A stretch of DNA of 64,000 bases, taken from Bigelowiella natans CCMP2755. Its lineage: Eukaryota > Protista > Cercozoa. Shown here one piece after another: positions 39,780 to 53,493 of this stretch; within the stretch, counting starts at the first letter, position 1, and each line of letters begins with the position of its first letter. The stretch is taken from positions 31,597 through 95,596 of the forward strand of contig ADNK01000505.1 of the NCBI GenBank assembly GCA_000320545.1, given 5' to 3'. Made by a program: the position numbers and the translations under genes. Under the pieces are notes generated by a model. It was given only the letters and a program-made list of their open reading frames with translations. It made no database searches and was not told the DNA's origin.

Positions 39780-41280
39780 TTTCATTGCGAAACTGTGCAC
39801 AATGAATTATTTTTGGCGGTGTGAATGACATTCATTTCGATTCCTGGCTGCTGCAGTGTCACGCTAGCACTCGTAGACTCTAGCATGCTGCTCACAAGAC
39901 GTACTGACGCATTAGCGATGATGCGATGGCCATTTTTCTGTACGTCGACCAAATTGCTGGACCTGCTGCTAGCATGCTAGCATGGGGCGGATCGATCTAG
40001 GGTTATCCGGGACATCAGCTGCACCAGTCTAGTAGTGTAGATCATGAATGGGATTTTGCTAGCTAGTTCGCCTGCTTGCCACATGTGGACGACAGCCGGT
40101 GATGAAACTGTCCCATCACATTGATCGAAGTTCAATTGTGAATCAATGACAGCTCTGGATCTAGCAATTGCAATTCACTGGATCTTGCTAGCTAGATGTG
40201 CACATTTGTTTGGACTCACCAATTCATTGTGACTCATTTGGCACACACAGCTAGCTGCCAGCCTAGCAGCTAGCATGTTCAACTGCATTGCAATTTCATT
40301 CATTGCATCCGTCTTGCATGCATGCACCAGCTAGCCATAGCCTGTGATGACTGCGATGACGCGACGACTAGCTGAGCAGTGTGAGTGGGTGGCTACTGCA
40401 TGCCAGCATGCTAGCATGGATGTTTTGTGTGCACCATGCATTCACTTGCGATGCGCTGATCACACTGGCACACAGTGCATGCCAGCATGTGACATGTTCC
40501 AGCATCGCATCACTGCAAGTACATGCATGCAGAACGTGAGCGCACGACGACCATTCTGGTGTGCGTTGTCTGGTGTTTGTGCTCAAGTAGCAGGGTGAAC
40601 GCGCTGTGACAATGACTGTCACTGCAGCGTGATGCTGCATGCATTTGCTAGTTTGGCGTTGTTCGCCATGTGCGTGCAACTCATGCAGCAGAAGGAGCCA
40701 AAGAGCCCAATGGAAATCTGCACGGAAGACTCCAATCGAAAGGGAAAATCAAAGAATCGCAAACAAATTCTTGACACCTGTGCACAACATGATCTGGTGA
40801 CATGCAGAACCATCATGGCAGACACATTGTTCAGTGTGTCATGTGTTGTGCACTGTCTAGCTGTGCAGTGCGACTCGTCACTTTCGTGCATGAACTAGAT
40901 GAAGGTGTTGGCATGCGTGCACTTGCTGTCACAGCGCAGGCAAATATCAACATCACACAGCACACAACGAACAACGCTAGAACGGGACACATGATGCATT
41001 TTGTAATTTTCTTGTTAGGTCGCATTGCTGATCATACGTCAATTTCTTCGTTGTGGATAGGAGACATCATCGTCGTGCAATGATCACATTTTACGATCTG
41101 ACTTTTTTCACTGAGGAGACATCATTGTGCATTAATCACATTTTACGCATGTAACTTCTTTCACACTGCTGCTCTTGCATCATCATTGTCCACGATCATG
41201 TTCAACTCATCAATTTCATCTGCCATTGATTGGGCCTCTTGTATCACAAGGGCTTGTGCAGCAACTTTGATTCTGGTTAT
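39780..41280. other. TpA-depleted, CTAG-retaining island between convergent hypothetical gene and HELQ 3' ends
   Basis: Manual count over 40141-40980 (840 nt): 18 TA, with 13 in CTAG, 3 half-sites and 2 unprotected. About 50 would be expected at even base composition. Confidence 0.88.
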
Positions 41281-41546
41281 GCATATGATGTCACAGTAAA
41301 GCAGCAGTAAATTCATCATCCATAATATCAACCCGAAAAACGTCGTATGATCGTTTCACTCAGTATACATTATCGATAACCTGACTATGGGTTTACTGAC
41401 CTTGTTGCTATCATAGAGCCTATTCTTAAGATGCCTCGCAATTTTGAGAGAGGGCATGATGCGACATCACGGATACTCTTTAGGCCTTTATTCAGAAAAC
41501 AGCACAGGGGGTGGTGGGAACTTAGTTCCGATATTATAGTATTATA

Positions 41547-41577
<31 letters not shown>

Positions 41578-41646
41578 GCATCATACGCTCTTCGAGCTCT
41601 TTGACCACCAAGATATCTTAAAAAATGATGATGATTGTAAGTGATA

Positions 41647-41687
<41 letters not shown>

Positions 41688-42899
41688 GTGTTACTACAAA
41701 AGCAATATCGATGATGATACACTACTAAAAACCATTGATCAGATGGTTAATGAAGGAGACTACTCACGGAATAAGAGTTAGATCAGCAACTTCGCGTCGT
41801 ACTCCCTGTTATATATAATAAGAATATGTTCAAGATCTGTACTGAAAAGGGTAGCACAGCGAAGTCCCATTGATGTTGCATATTATTACCCCATATATAC
41901 GCGGTATAAAGGATCTCAGCAATGTACCAAGGTGCCAAAATTCATCTAGAAACAATCCTCAAATTTATGGCAATATCATGATGATGATGATGATGATGAT
42001 GATAACGACGACGATGACGATGACGATGATGACGATGATGACGTGAATTATCCTCAGTTTTGTTCAATTTATCCAGAATGATAACAATGTTGTGCAGCAG
42101 ATTACTACTTCGTATACAATGCTTAACAACAAATTATAAGCATCATTTGTTTATGTCGGAATTCTTATTTTTATCATCATCCTGAAGGAAGGTAGTAAGC
42201 AACAAACCAGATAGCTCTTCACAGAACCGAGAAACGCTTTTAAAAAAAGATGATGATAAGGGTAAAAAAATTCCATTGGTTATCTATAAAACTTCTTCAC
42301 CTGTGCGAAATCACTCTACTACTACTACTACTAATAATAATAATAATAATACCGATGTCCATGAGAAGCTGCGCTTTGCATCAAATTCTGTTTGTAGATG
42401 AGGAAGTGATGGAAGAGCCAATTATGGTCAGTGAACAACATACTGGAATCGACTACCACCAGATTCAACAAGCGTAAGAAGATAGATAATGGTGATGATG
42501 TTACTTTGGAGATCGAAAAAAGAAGATGCGAAAGATTCTGACTCTAATACATTTATTTAAAAAATTACTACCTGAATATCTCCGTATGACACATGGAATT
42601 TCTTCGATATCTGAAAGTAGATGTCATCATCAAGAATGGTGATACTACAAACTTACAAGAGAACTTATAGCAGTAGTCGTTGTAGTAGTTATTATTGTTG
42701 ATGTTGCTATGGATGATGATGATGTTCAAATGTTATTTAAGGTGATAGTTGTGAAAGTTGTACAAACACATTAGCAGATTATACCGCAAATATCTATCAA
42801 AGAATATTAGCAGCAGAAGAAGCTAATACGCGGTGTGTGTGTGTGTGTCTTCTTTCATTATATGCATCTGCAATCTCTCTCAAATATACACACACACAC

Positions 42900-42941
<42 letters not shown>

Positions 42942-43426
42942 CATTATTCTTCGTAAATCACCTGCTTCATATCAGCCTCTTGCACGGTTTCTGAGAGAAT
43001 CAGAGCTACATATAGCCGACCTAATAATGACCAATATCATCACAATTATTGATCATACACTATAAGTAAGTCAATCATTATCGTCTTCTTCTATGCTTCT
43101 TCTTCCCGTGATCTTGTCATCGTTGTTGTCAATCAATAAAGGGTCAATCAATCATATAAAAAAAGTAATAAATTTACTTGCTCGTTCGTGTAATTTTTGC
43201 GCCAGTGATGAGTAAGTCTTTCCTTTTAATAATAATAATAAGAAGAAGAAGAAGAAGAAGAAGAATACACAAATAAACCTCATTGCGCCGCCATAATACA
43301 CAATAATAGCAGCAGCCCAATTTAAACCATCTTCACAAAAAGACAGGCAGCAAGATGACTAGTAGCATATATCATCACTGCAGCAGCCATTACAACAGTC
43401 AATACCTCGTTACTATGTGAATAATT

Positions 43427-43468
<42 letters not shown>

Positions 43469-43712
43469 CACAGAATAGTAGTATAATGTGTTTTACATGA
43501 TCAATTATCATTAATAACAGTAGCCATGGTGATAATAAATCAGGTAGTAGTAATAGCAGTAGTAGAGATTGAAACAAGTGCATATTTCTAGTAGCAGCAT
43601 GGAGGCACACGCCTCTACAATAGCAGCAACAGTAAGTAGTGCTATCTTGTACCTACCTCGCATTTGCGAAGTAATAAATTTGTCCGTCTAGGATAAATAT
43701 TAAAGTTTATAG

Positions 43713-43744
<32 letters not shown>

Positions 43745-43831
43745 TGATTATTACACTAATGTGATGCTGTTGCGACAACCATCATTGTAATAATTGCACG
43801 GTTATCATCACACGCACGCACACACACACAT

Positions 43832-43874
<43 letters not shown>

Positions 43875-44289
43875 CATTTATATATATTTGTTCCCCATGA
43901 TTAGAATCTTCTGTGATAAATACTATTATTATTGTTGGCAGCAGCAACAACACCATCCCAGTCTCTCCCCCCCCCCTTCCCCCTGTTCAGACCAAACAAG
44001 CAATAAAAAATCTATCTGCCTCCGTTGATGATCTATTTTTTTTTTCCTTGTTCTTCTTCATCACATATAAATCATCGTTATTATCATCATCATCATCATC
44101 ATCATCATCATATAGCGACAACAAATAGGTGACAGTTGTTATGTACATAGACTCATTTCTCTGATATATTTTAATTTCTTTAGAAATTATGTACTCACCA
44201 ATTCAAGTTGCTGTGCAACCAGGTGTATTGCTTCTCCATTGCTGTTGATGCTGCTGCTAGTCCCCTTTGCAATAGCAGCCAACAGTCAA

Positions 44290-44321
<32 letters not shown>

Positions 44322-44421
44322 GGGATATAATAATAATAATAAAAACAATAATAATAATATCTGTCATCATCTTCATCATCATCATCATCATCATAAACAC
44401 ACATAAATAACCACAGTCGAA

Positions 44422-44454
<33 letters not shown>

Positions 44455-45040
44455 GGTCACAGGTGGCCAATCACACTTATACATAGTGCGGTTGTATAAT
44501 CTTATTATTATTATTATTATTTATTATTATTATTATTATTATTGTGTTGCTTGTAATATGTCATGATGCATACATGAGAAGATGATGAACATTCATTTCC
44601 TACTCCTCCTCCTTCTGATATTTGAGGAGGAGTATTAACTGCTACTGCTGCTGCTGTTGCTTCGGTGTGACTGGTGATACCACCAAGAACTTGATGTAGC
44701 ACAGTATAGTTGACTATTTATGAAGAGAAAATAGTACTGCAATGAGTTATCACAATCACCACTACTACTACTACTACTACTGCTACTACTACTACTGCTA
44801 CCACTGTCATCGACAAGATGTTAGTAGTAGGATGATGTTATTATTTACTACCATGGATAACGTCATTTGCTTGTGCACACAGATAGCATAAATGGAGACA
44901 TCCTCGGTCTACCAATACGACAGATCTAAAGTAATAATTGATATAACTTGTGTATATAAATATATACTATTCATCAATATTTGAGTAAATACTGAGAATG
45001 ATATCATTTAAGTTTTACCGTGCTGTAACATGAGTATGTT

Positions 45041-45076
<36 letters not shown>

Positions 45077-45447
45077 TATGTATAAATTTATTTAAATACA
45101 TTGTTAGGTGTCAAAACATCATCAACTTACCTAACAATTTTTCTTAGATCTCTGAGAATATCCACCGCTTGATATGGAGGGATAGCTGCTTTGAAAGCAG
45201 CCCATGCTAATCTACTTGTTTTTACCTTCGTTGTAGTAGTTGTATTATTATTATTATTAGTAGTAGTATCCTATAATTCAATCATATATGATGATTAGGG
45301 TGAAGGGGAGAGTAGGAGGAGGAGGAGGAGGAGGAGGAGGGAGGAGGCGTCACTCATTATTCTAAAAAGTTGATAAAATGCATATATTATTATTAATAAT
45401 AATTAATAATAATAATAATTACAATGATAATGATATCCGTGTACTGC

Positions 45448-45479
<32 letters not shown>

Positions 45480-47139
45480 CTTTTGTTGGATTGCCAACAT
45501 TGAAGTGCTGATGATCCTCACTAATCAGACCACCAGCACTGCTGCCTTCACTCAAATTCTCTTCATTTAATACGTGGTCTCTGTCATCTCTCCCCTCCCC
45601 CCTCGGCTTCATTGGAACGAAGTATTTGATTGAGGCAAGATTATGGTTTTGCCCGATAATACGAGTTCTCGCTCGTGCAAGAAATCCATTATCTCCTAAC
45701 CAATCCTATGTAATAATAATAATAATAATAATTATAGTAAATTGTTGTAACTGTTGCTCTTGTATGATTAATGAATAAGTGGAAGAAGCATGATTTGGAT
45801 CTTATGAGATACCAGACAATGATCAACCTTGATGTTACTACTACACACTCACTGTGTGAGTAGATACTACTATTACTTTTAGTACTACAACTTCTTCTTC
45901 ATTTTTCTTGGTCTATTTCTTCATCACTCTTCTTCCTACTTACTAAAGCTGTTTCTGTGAGTATCTTGATGCTTGAATTATCAGCTTGAACAGCCAACAA
46001 AGTGCATTTTAAAAAACTGTGTAGTAGAAGTAGTAATAGTAGTGATAGTAGCAGCAGCAGTAGTAGTAGTAGTCAAAGAGAAAGAGGACAAGAAGTTGGA
46101 AGAGCATATATCATCATGGAACACTAATTCTAAGAGTAGTAGTAGTAGTAGTAGTAGTAGTAGGAGTAGGTAGCGGAAGAATAACAACACTGGGTTACCG
46201 TTCTACATCTTCCACACTTTGTGCATTTAGTGCTGTGATTGCTGCAAGTATAAACAAAAAATAACGACAATCAGTCTAGTATTGTTCCTCTTATTATTAT
46301 CCAAATGTAGCACTAACAAGTCGAAATGATAAACAATGACAATTGGTGACTCCTCCAAGAAGATCTATCAAGATAAAGATGATGATGATGACGATGATGA
46401 TGATGATTACGAAGAAGGAGGAGATGGAGATCTAATGCTATCATCAGACAAATTTGAACGTATTATAATCCCTTAGTACCTATCAAAACTGCTTGTAGCA
46501 TTCCAACAGGTACATTATAATATTTGTTCCTGCCTCTCCTAGAAGAATAAATAATTGATTACATCACTATCTTGCCTCGAATAATAATAATAATAATAAT
46601 CATCATCATCATCATTATATTATTTTATTTAACGTACTTCTTTTTCTCATTACTGAACTCGACGGAATAACCACTCACAACAAGTAGCCCCGATTTAACG
46701 GGTGGAAGGTCTTCTTTCATCCTATAAAACAACCAAAAATTGCTGCATCATCATAAAATATACAGTGCAATTTGTATTGCTATATTATTGCAGCAAGCAT
46801 CATCATAAAATATACAGTGCGATTTGTATTGCTATATTATTAATGTCAAAGGTGGTTGGTGCTTTTTACAATTGTAGAGATCTGAAGTAGTCTCTAGAAG
46901 AAGGACGGACAAGAATGTAGGAATCCCCAACATCGCTATATCCAGCTCTATAGTTTAAAACACATATGAGTATTATATATATAGTATATTAATTGAACAA
47001 GATTTAATTCATTAATATGCACCTTCCTGCTCTCCCTCCCATCTGGCGATATCTTTGAGCGTCTATAATAACACGATGGTTGGAGATGTGATGAGGACAC
47101 ATCATACATCTCTTAAAATGTTGATCAGATTTCATACTT

Positions 47140-47219
<80 letters not shown>

Positions 47220-47680
47220 AAGAAACGTATACCTATGAACGGAATTCATAAATATGCATAAAAAAAAAGTCGTCATCACTCATCATTTTAAATTACAAGC
47301 ACTAAATTATCGTACTTCTATTTGTATTATCATGCATGAGATTGTTAGAATGTAAGGGTCAATGAGAGTAGAATTTGTAGTAGAGGAAGAAGAAGCAGCA
47401 ATCATCTTCTTGTGGGAAATAAAAGTAAAAAATTCTTGTTCTATTAAGTTGGATGATAGTATTGACCTAAGAAAGATGAACCAATATATGGGGTACGGAA
47501 AATAACCCTACTTGCAGGCAAATTTACTCCTGCCTAATTCATCATATATAGTACGATATAAAGATTATGATGCTGATGATGAGGATGATGATGATAACGA
47601 CGTAAATAAGTAACATACAGTGTTGTGGAAGTAATAGCTATCTTGGAAACGTACTAAAATGTTTTCGAGAAAAGAGAATA

Positions 47681-47712
<32 letters not shown>

Positions 47713-47769
47713 AATGATGGTGATGGTGATGAGGATGAGCAGAAAGACGACTCTGACTCAAAGTAGTAA

Positions 47770-47802
<33 letters not shown>

Positions 47803-48023
47803 CAGTAGTAGTGGTAGTTGTTGTTGTTGTTGTTGTTTTTGTTGTTGGTACATACAGAAGGAACACAAAATAGCAGTTTGCAATTATTTCACCAAAGAAA
47901 GCAAAGCAAGTACCGCTAATTATTTCACCAAAGAAAGCAAAGCAAGTACCGCTAATGTGCTGGTTGCACACAGTATACTTAAGACGCTTCTTCGGTAACC
48001 ATCTTCGATCTTAGGTTAAAAGT

Positions 48024-48057
<34 letters not shown>

Positions 48058-49353
48058 GAAAAGCAGAGGAAACCAAAAAAGGCGTTGTTCGGTTTTGAAA
48101 GGACAAAAGAATAATAATTGTTAGAGAATCAAATTAAGAAAGACTTATGTATAAATAAATATATTATCTCTGATGTATCTGTTTTGTTGTAGTTGTAGTA
48201 CCAATGCTCTAGCGACAGGACCTATCCCTGCATGGTGATAACCGACTCCTCTAGAGAAGAATATAGTAGTAGTAGTAGTAGTAGTAGTAATTATTAAAAT
48301 GATATATTTCTTCATGTTCAAAATAACTATCCATTTTCATTACTAGGTACAGATCAAGTGACTGTCTCCTACTCTGTTTCCGAAATCTAATTACGATGCA
48401 CTTTTAAAAAAACAACAATGAATATTACTACTACTGTTACTTTAAAATCATATCTTTGGTAGCGTTGTATTCGAGTCCTTCCTACGCATTATTATCAATG
48501 TTTATAGTAGAGATTAAGGTCTTGTTCATTGGGTACACGTCAAACATGCAAACAAGCTCACGATGATGATGATGATGCTCTGTAGTAATCTGCTGCTTTG
48601 AATGCCCACCTCTGCCTCCGTTATGAGGTTATTTAGATCATGACGTATACCACCTAATAGGATAGGTCTAGATGTGCGTGTGATGATGATGATAATGACG
48701 ATTGTGACGGTGATGGTGATGATGTTTGATGACATTATCATTATTACTATAATATCTGAAATGATGTGTCATAATACTATGCGACGACTACCAATATTAC
48801 TACTACTACTACTACTACATCATCACATACGTTTATATTTGTCCTTTTCACAGCAGTGGAATGAAGTTGATGATGATGATTTCATCATGTCATTGCCTCC
48901 TCTTAGATTGTTATTCTCATCATTATCATGGAGAGAGACTTCTCTTTGTCCCTTGTCCCTTTTGATGGTGGTACAACACGAGGAACACTCTGCTCCGCCA
49001 TGTTTAGCAACCATTTCAGCGCATGCCTTCATCATCACCATCAATTAATCAATCAATCAATCAATCAAATGAATCAATCAATCAATCATAATAATAATAT
49101 ATTCCTATGTGATGATGATCAATCCTTAGATATTGCAAACAAGTTGAATATGATGATATTACTCCTTCTCTTCTCTTTCATTACTCACTCACCTTAGCTG
49201 CAGATCGACTTGAGCAGAATATTAAAACCTCTATTCATATTAGTCATCACACACCAACAAATAATGGTATTATTAATCACTACTTTCTCGTTCAATTGAA
49301 AGAAGATTGTTATTATGCACTTTGTAAGACTTAAGAGAAGTGACTTTCAGAAT

Positions 49354-49388
<35 letters not shown>

Positions 49389-50131
49389 ACTCAATGAATT
49401 TAGTAATGTCTACTTTTGTTTTCTCTGGTGACTTCACGAATCTGTGTTACAAATAGGAGAAGCACATACATACTCTCTGTCAAACGGCAATATTACTACT
49501 ATTACTACTATAATATGGATTGTATGGTACAGTAACTACTGCAGTACATTAAACTACTATCGAGCAGTAGTATCTATTATGAATGGATGAAGGACTGATA
49601 TCATTATTTAGAATTATTCACAAGTCAGAAAATAATTATTGAATTAATGAAAGTGGACATTGTAGGGGTGGTAGTAGTAGTGGTAGTAGTAGTAACACTA
49701 TTCATTCTACCAAATCCATAACGCCATTTAAGTCACGTCGAGCATGATTCACTGTTGTTCATAACAACACATATCAATGACAACGAGGCAGCAGATCAAG
49801 ATGACACTAACAGAAATTTTGGAATAGATATGGTAGTAGTGACGCTGCTTCTCTGTCGTCTGTGTGTCTATTTGGTGTTGATAAAATCTTATAACATATA
49901 TTAAAAAATACGATATCATCATATCAGTAGTTATTAATCATCATGTAAGTAATTATTAATACAGTTGTTATTCTCTTTTAACAAGATATTATCAAAAACT
50001 ATTAATACTATCTCATCAGCAGCAGGTACATAGCACTCCATCAATCAAATCTTTTCCACATTGAATACAAATTACTTCCTTTATTTGATGTCAAAGCACG
50101 TACTCTGTGCCCCCTATGCATATTATGAGAG

Positions 50132-50166
<35 letters not shown>

Positions 50167-50434
50167 TTTAATGATAAAGACATCAATTATGATGCATTTT
50201 CAATCAAATGCTGCTGCAATTTAGCGGCAGTTTAGGTTGAACTACGTACGCACGTGGAATTATAGATATCAACTCCAGCCTTTAGAAATTGCCTGACAAT
50301 AATTTTTATTAGGGAAGAAGAAGAAGTAGCACCAAAATAGCTGTAAAGGAAATTGTCTATTGTTCTCGATTCTAGTCGTAAGGAGAATCAAGCCTTTGAA
50401 AGAAATCGCTGCTGATCATCCATAGATCATCAAA

Positions 50435-50473
<39 letters not shown>

Positions 50474-50552
50474 ATAATCTCCCTTAACCCTCACCCCCCC
50501 CACCTCAAAGGAACTGGCCGAAAGCCTCCCTCAAAGATGCTTCCACGAAACC

Positions 50553-50583
<31 letters not shown>

Positions 50584-52678
50584 AAGAAGAAGAAGAAGAA
50601 GAAAAAGAAGAAGGAGAAGAAGAAGAAAAAGAAGAAGGAGAAGAAGAAGAAAAAGAAGAAGAAGAAAAAGAAGAAGAAGAAGAAGAAGAAAAAGAAGAAG
50701 AATTAGAAAAAGAGGTCGTCGTGTGCTATAACTATGTTCAGACAGTTTTTTAATACATTCCATTGTCAGTGAAGCTGCTACTACCATATCAATTTCTGAT
50801 ACTATTCACATTATTATCACATAATACCATGCTGCTATTTCCTTCGTGTTAGCAAGCGTGGCCGACATAGCCAATACCTAATAGGATTCGATGGAACATA
50901 AAGAAGAAGAAGAAGAAGAAGAAGAAGAAGAAGATGTTAATGATAATGATAATACTGCAAGAGAACAACCCAATCATCAATAATTACTTTTTGCTATTAC
51001 CACTACCACTACTACTACTACTGTTACTACTACTACTACCTGCAGGTCTCTTCGGTTACCATGCCTAATAAAGGAATATTATGTTGTTTCAGAGAAATAA
51101 ATTGGTGGTGGTGGTGGTGGTGGTGATAATACCAAATTAAAAGTGATGCCAATAGTTCCAAGGTTTGACCTCGAAGTAGATTGCCACCGCCTCCTAGAGA
51201 AGAATATAATACAGGACAACATGATGATTGCCACCCCCTCCTAGAGAAGAATATAATATACAGGACTATATGATGACACAAGAATTTCCATACAAGCTGC
51301 ATATATGATTGCATATCAATCAGCTTTATTAACAACCATATTTACCAATTTGTTTCATGCTTTGTCCAACTATTGTTGTTGCTGCTGAATCTAATCCACC
51401 ACGACTATCACCACCACCACCAGCAGCAGAAGATGTGATTTTATCTCCTTTCCATTCTCCAACCTGGAAAGAAACATATTTTGTTTAAGAGGAATTATTA
51501 ATGAAATAAAGTATAGATTATATGTTTGAGTTATTATATCTGAAATCACAGAGTTTATAATGACGATATTTGAGCTATTTGTATCAGCAAACTATTACTC
51601 AATCCTACCATTTGGATTTCATCTAAGATAACTAGTCGTCCTACTACTACCTATCTAGCTACCTACCTACCTACCTACCATTTGGATTTCATCTAAGATA
51701 ACCAAACCTAACTCATAAATGGACCGATTTCCATCTGAAGAACAACATAATTAATCAATAACTATACATAAGTAAATAAATCACATATAGGCTTGAGTAA
51801 TAAGTCTACAGCTGTTATCATGATGTGCGGTAAAACAGGGGTTATAAATTCAGCACACACGCACACGCACGCACACGCACACACCTTTAGCAGTTATCAG
51901 AGAATTGACAATAGCTGTTGCCTGAGAGATAACATGTAATTTATTTCTTTATCTAGCATGAAACAATATCACCCGTTGATGTTTCTGTGTGAGTGTTTTA
52001 TAATACATACTAGTATTGATTCATCATCATTGCCTAGTAGTAGCTATAGCTTGCTACCTTTTCTGGTGTGGCGACTAGAATTCCAGGTCGTCGCAAAGGT
52101 GGAAGTTGTCCGTGTGGACCTGTTAACATATGATAATAATAATGATAATAATAATAATAATAATAATACCGTGAGTACTCACATAAATTGCTGAGTCAAT
52201 ATTTTGTTGTTGCTGATTATATTTGTTTGGTCTCTGTGTGTATTGTATTGTATCATTATTATTTCCACTACTACCTACCTACCTACCTACCGTGGTAAGC
52301 TGCAACGTACAAACCTATTTTATATTCAAGATATAATAATATGTATAACCAGACCACCATATCCATCGTCAACATATTGGTCAATGATATAATAATATGT
52401 ATCACCAGACCACCATCCATCGTCGACATATTGGTCAATGATATAATATGTATCACCAGACCACCATCCATCGTGATATAATAATATGTATCACCAGACC
52501 ACCATATCCATCGTCAACATATTGGTCAATGACCTACTATAACTATTTTTTTAATAACTTTCTACTTCTCACGACGATAAGCAAAGTAAATACCTGCGTG
52601 CTTAGCAATTGTCGTAAGTGCAGAGAGTTTTTCAAGAACGAGCGCCACATAAGGTAGCACTAGCAGGGCCCTGAGGAA

Positions 52679-52722
<44 letters not shown>

Positions 52723-53493
52723 ATTACCGATCAAAAAATGATGATGATACCCGTACATGCAAAATACATACTTATCTTATTCATATATGTTACGTTTTGT
52801 TTTTCTTGATACAGCATCTCAAAATTGCTATCTCAGCCTTAAGAACACATAGACAAAACAACATCAAGTTACAACAAATGTAAAGATGTTTATTGGATTG
52901 AATTGTATGTCTGCCTTCACTACCAGCAGAGTCTTTCCAGCACTCGTTGGGAGTGTGAAAACCATGTTTGTTGAGTTGCCTACCCCGTTCAATCATCATG
53001 AGTTAGGAACAGAAGGAATGATGAGGAGGGACATCAAAAATGTATTTGGTACTTATTCCTACTTACGGTGAAGTTCCCTTAATGCCCGTGCTTGCCATGG
53101 GTATAAGTGCGTGATTCCCCGAGTTGATGCATATGCATTTGCCACCTCCTTGCAAGTATGTAAGTAAGTAAGTAAGAATAACACTGATCAGAGTATCTCC
53201 CAGGTGGAATTCTTTTTTTACTGGGAAAGATATAATGTGTTATTAGCCCTAGTTGAGACAGGAACCTCACATTGCACAATCAATGTAATATTCTACCACT
53301 TTACCTTAGAAATCCATGGAAGATCCCTAAGAGTGGCGTTGACATCCATTCGATTCTGCTCACGATTATACTTAATATCATCTTTCTTCTTCAATTCAGC
53401 AACTTTGATGGAGGAGTCCAACGCTGCTGCTGTTTTTAGTGAAGATTCACGAGATGGCAGCCTTGCGATAGGGATTTCCTTGCAAAGAGCCAT
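41161..53493 (-). CDS. HELQ: HELQ/HEL308-like (POLQ-helicase-like) superfamily 2 DNA helicase without polymerase domain
   Basis: Exons give RGITHLYPWQ (Q motif), LPTSAGKTLL (I), LVLPYVALVLEK (Ia), VATPEK (Ib), VILDEIQM (II), AMSATLAN (III), FRPVPL, VLIFCSSR (IV), GVGYHHAG, LCATSTLAAGVNLPA (V), YRQMGGRAGRAG (VI) and HhH GGQRARRAYDAGLKSIRDVA. The last exon ends ...DARAAV* at 41161-41163. Confidence 0.9.
50553..50716. repeat. About 150-bp polypurine (AAG)n tract forming the pyrimidine tract of a HELQ intron acceptor
   Basis: On the minus strand the tract ends in ...TTCTTAG|G and the exon resumes WFRGSIFEGGFRPVPL. Confidence 0.85.
52331..52532. repeat. About 55-bp intronic minisatellite, about 3.5 imperfect copies, in a HELQ intron
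   Basis: Repeated GATATAATAATATGTATCACCAGACCACCATATCCATCGTCAACATATTGGTCAAT with internal deletions. Confidence 0.88.

Noticed and set aside
40344-41083. Overlapping Cys/His-rich ORFs in islands (also 56-814, 30686-31474, 63195-63812)
   Set aside because: They are artefacts of TpA loss: TAA and Tyr codons disappear and Cys/His codons accumulate in all six frames. No family motifs were found.
50491-50787. Poly-Arg, poly-Leu and other homopolymer ORFs throughout the window
   Set aside because: They are translations of intronic microsatellites.
41161-53493. DNA polymerase theta (POLQ)
   Set aside because: The gene stops shortly after the HhH region and no family A polymerase motifs follow.
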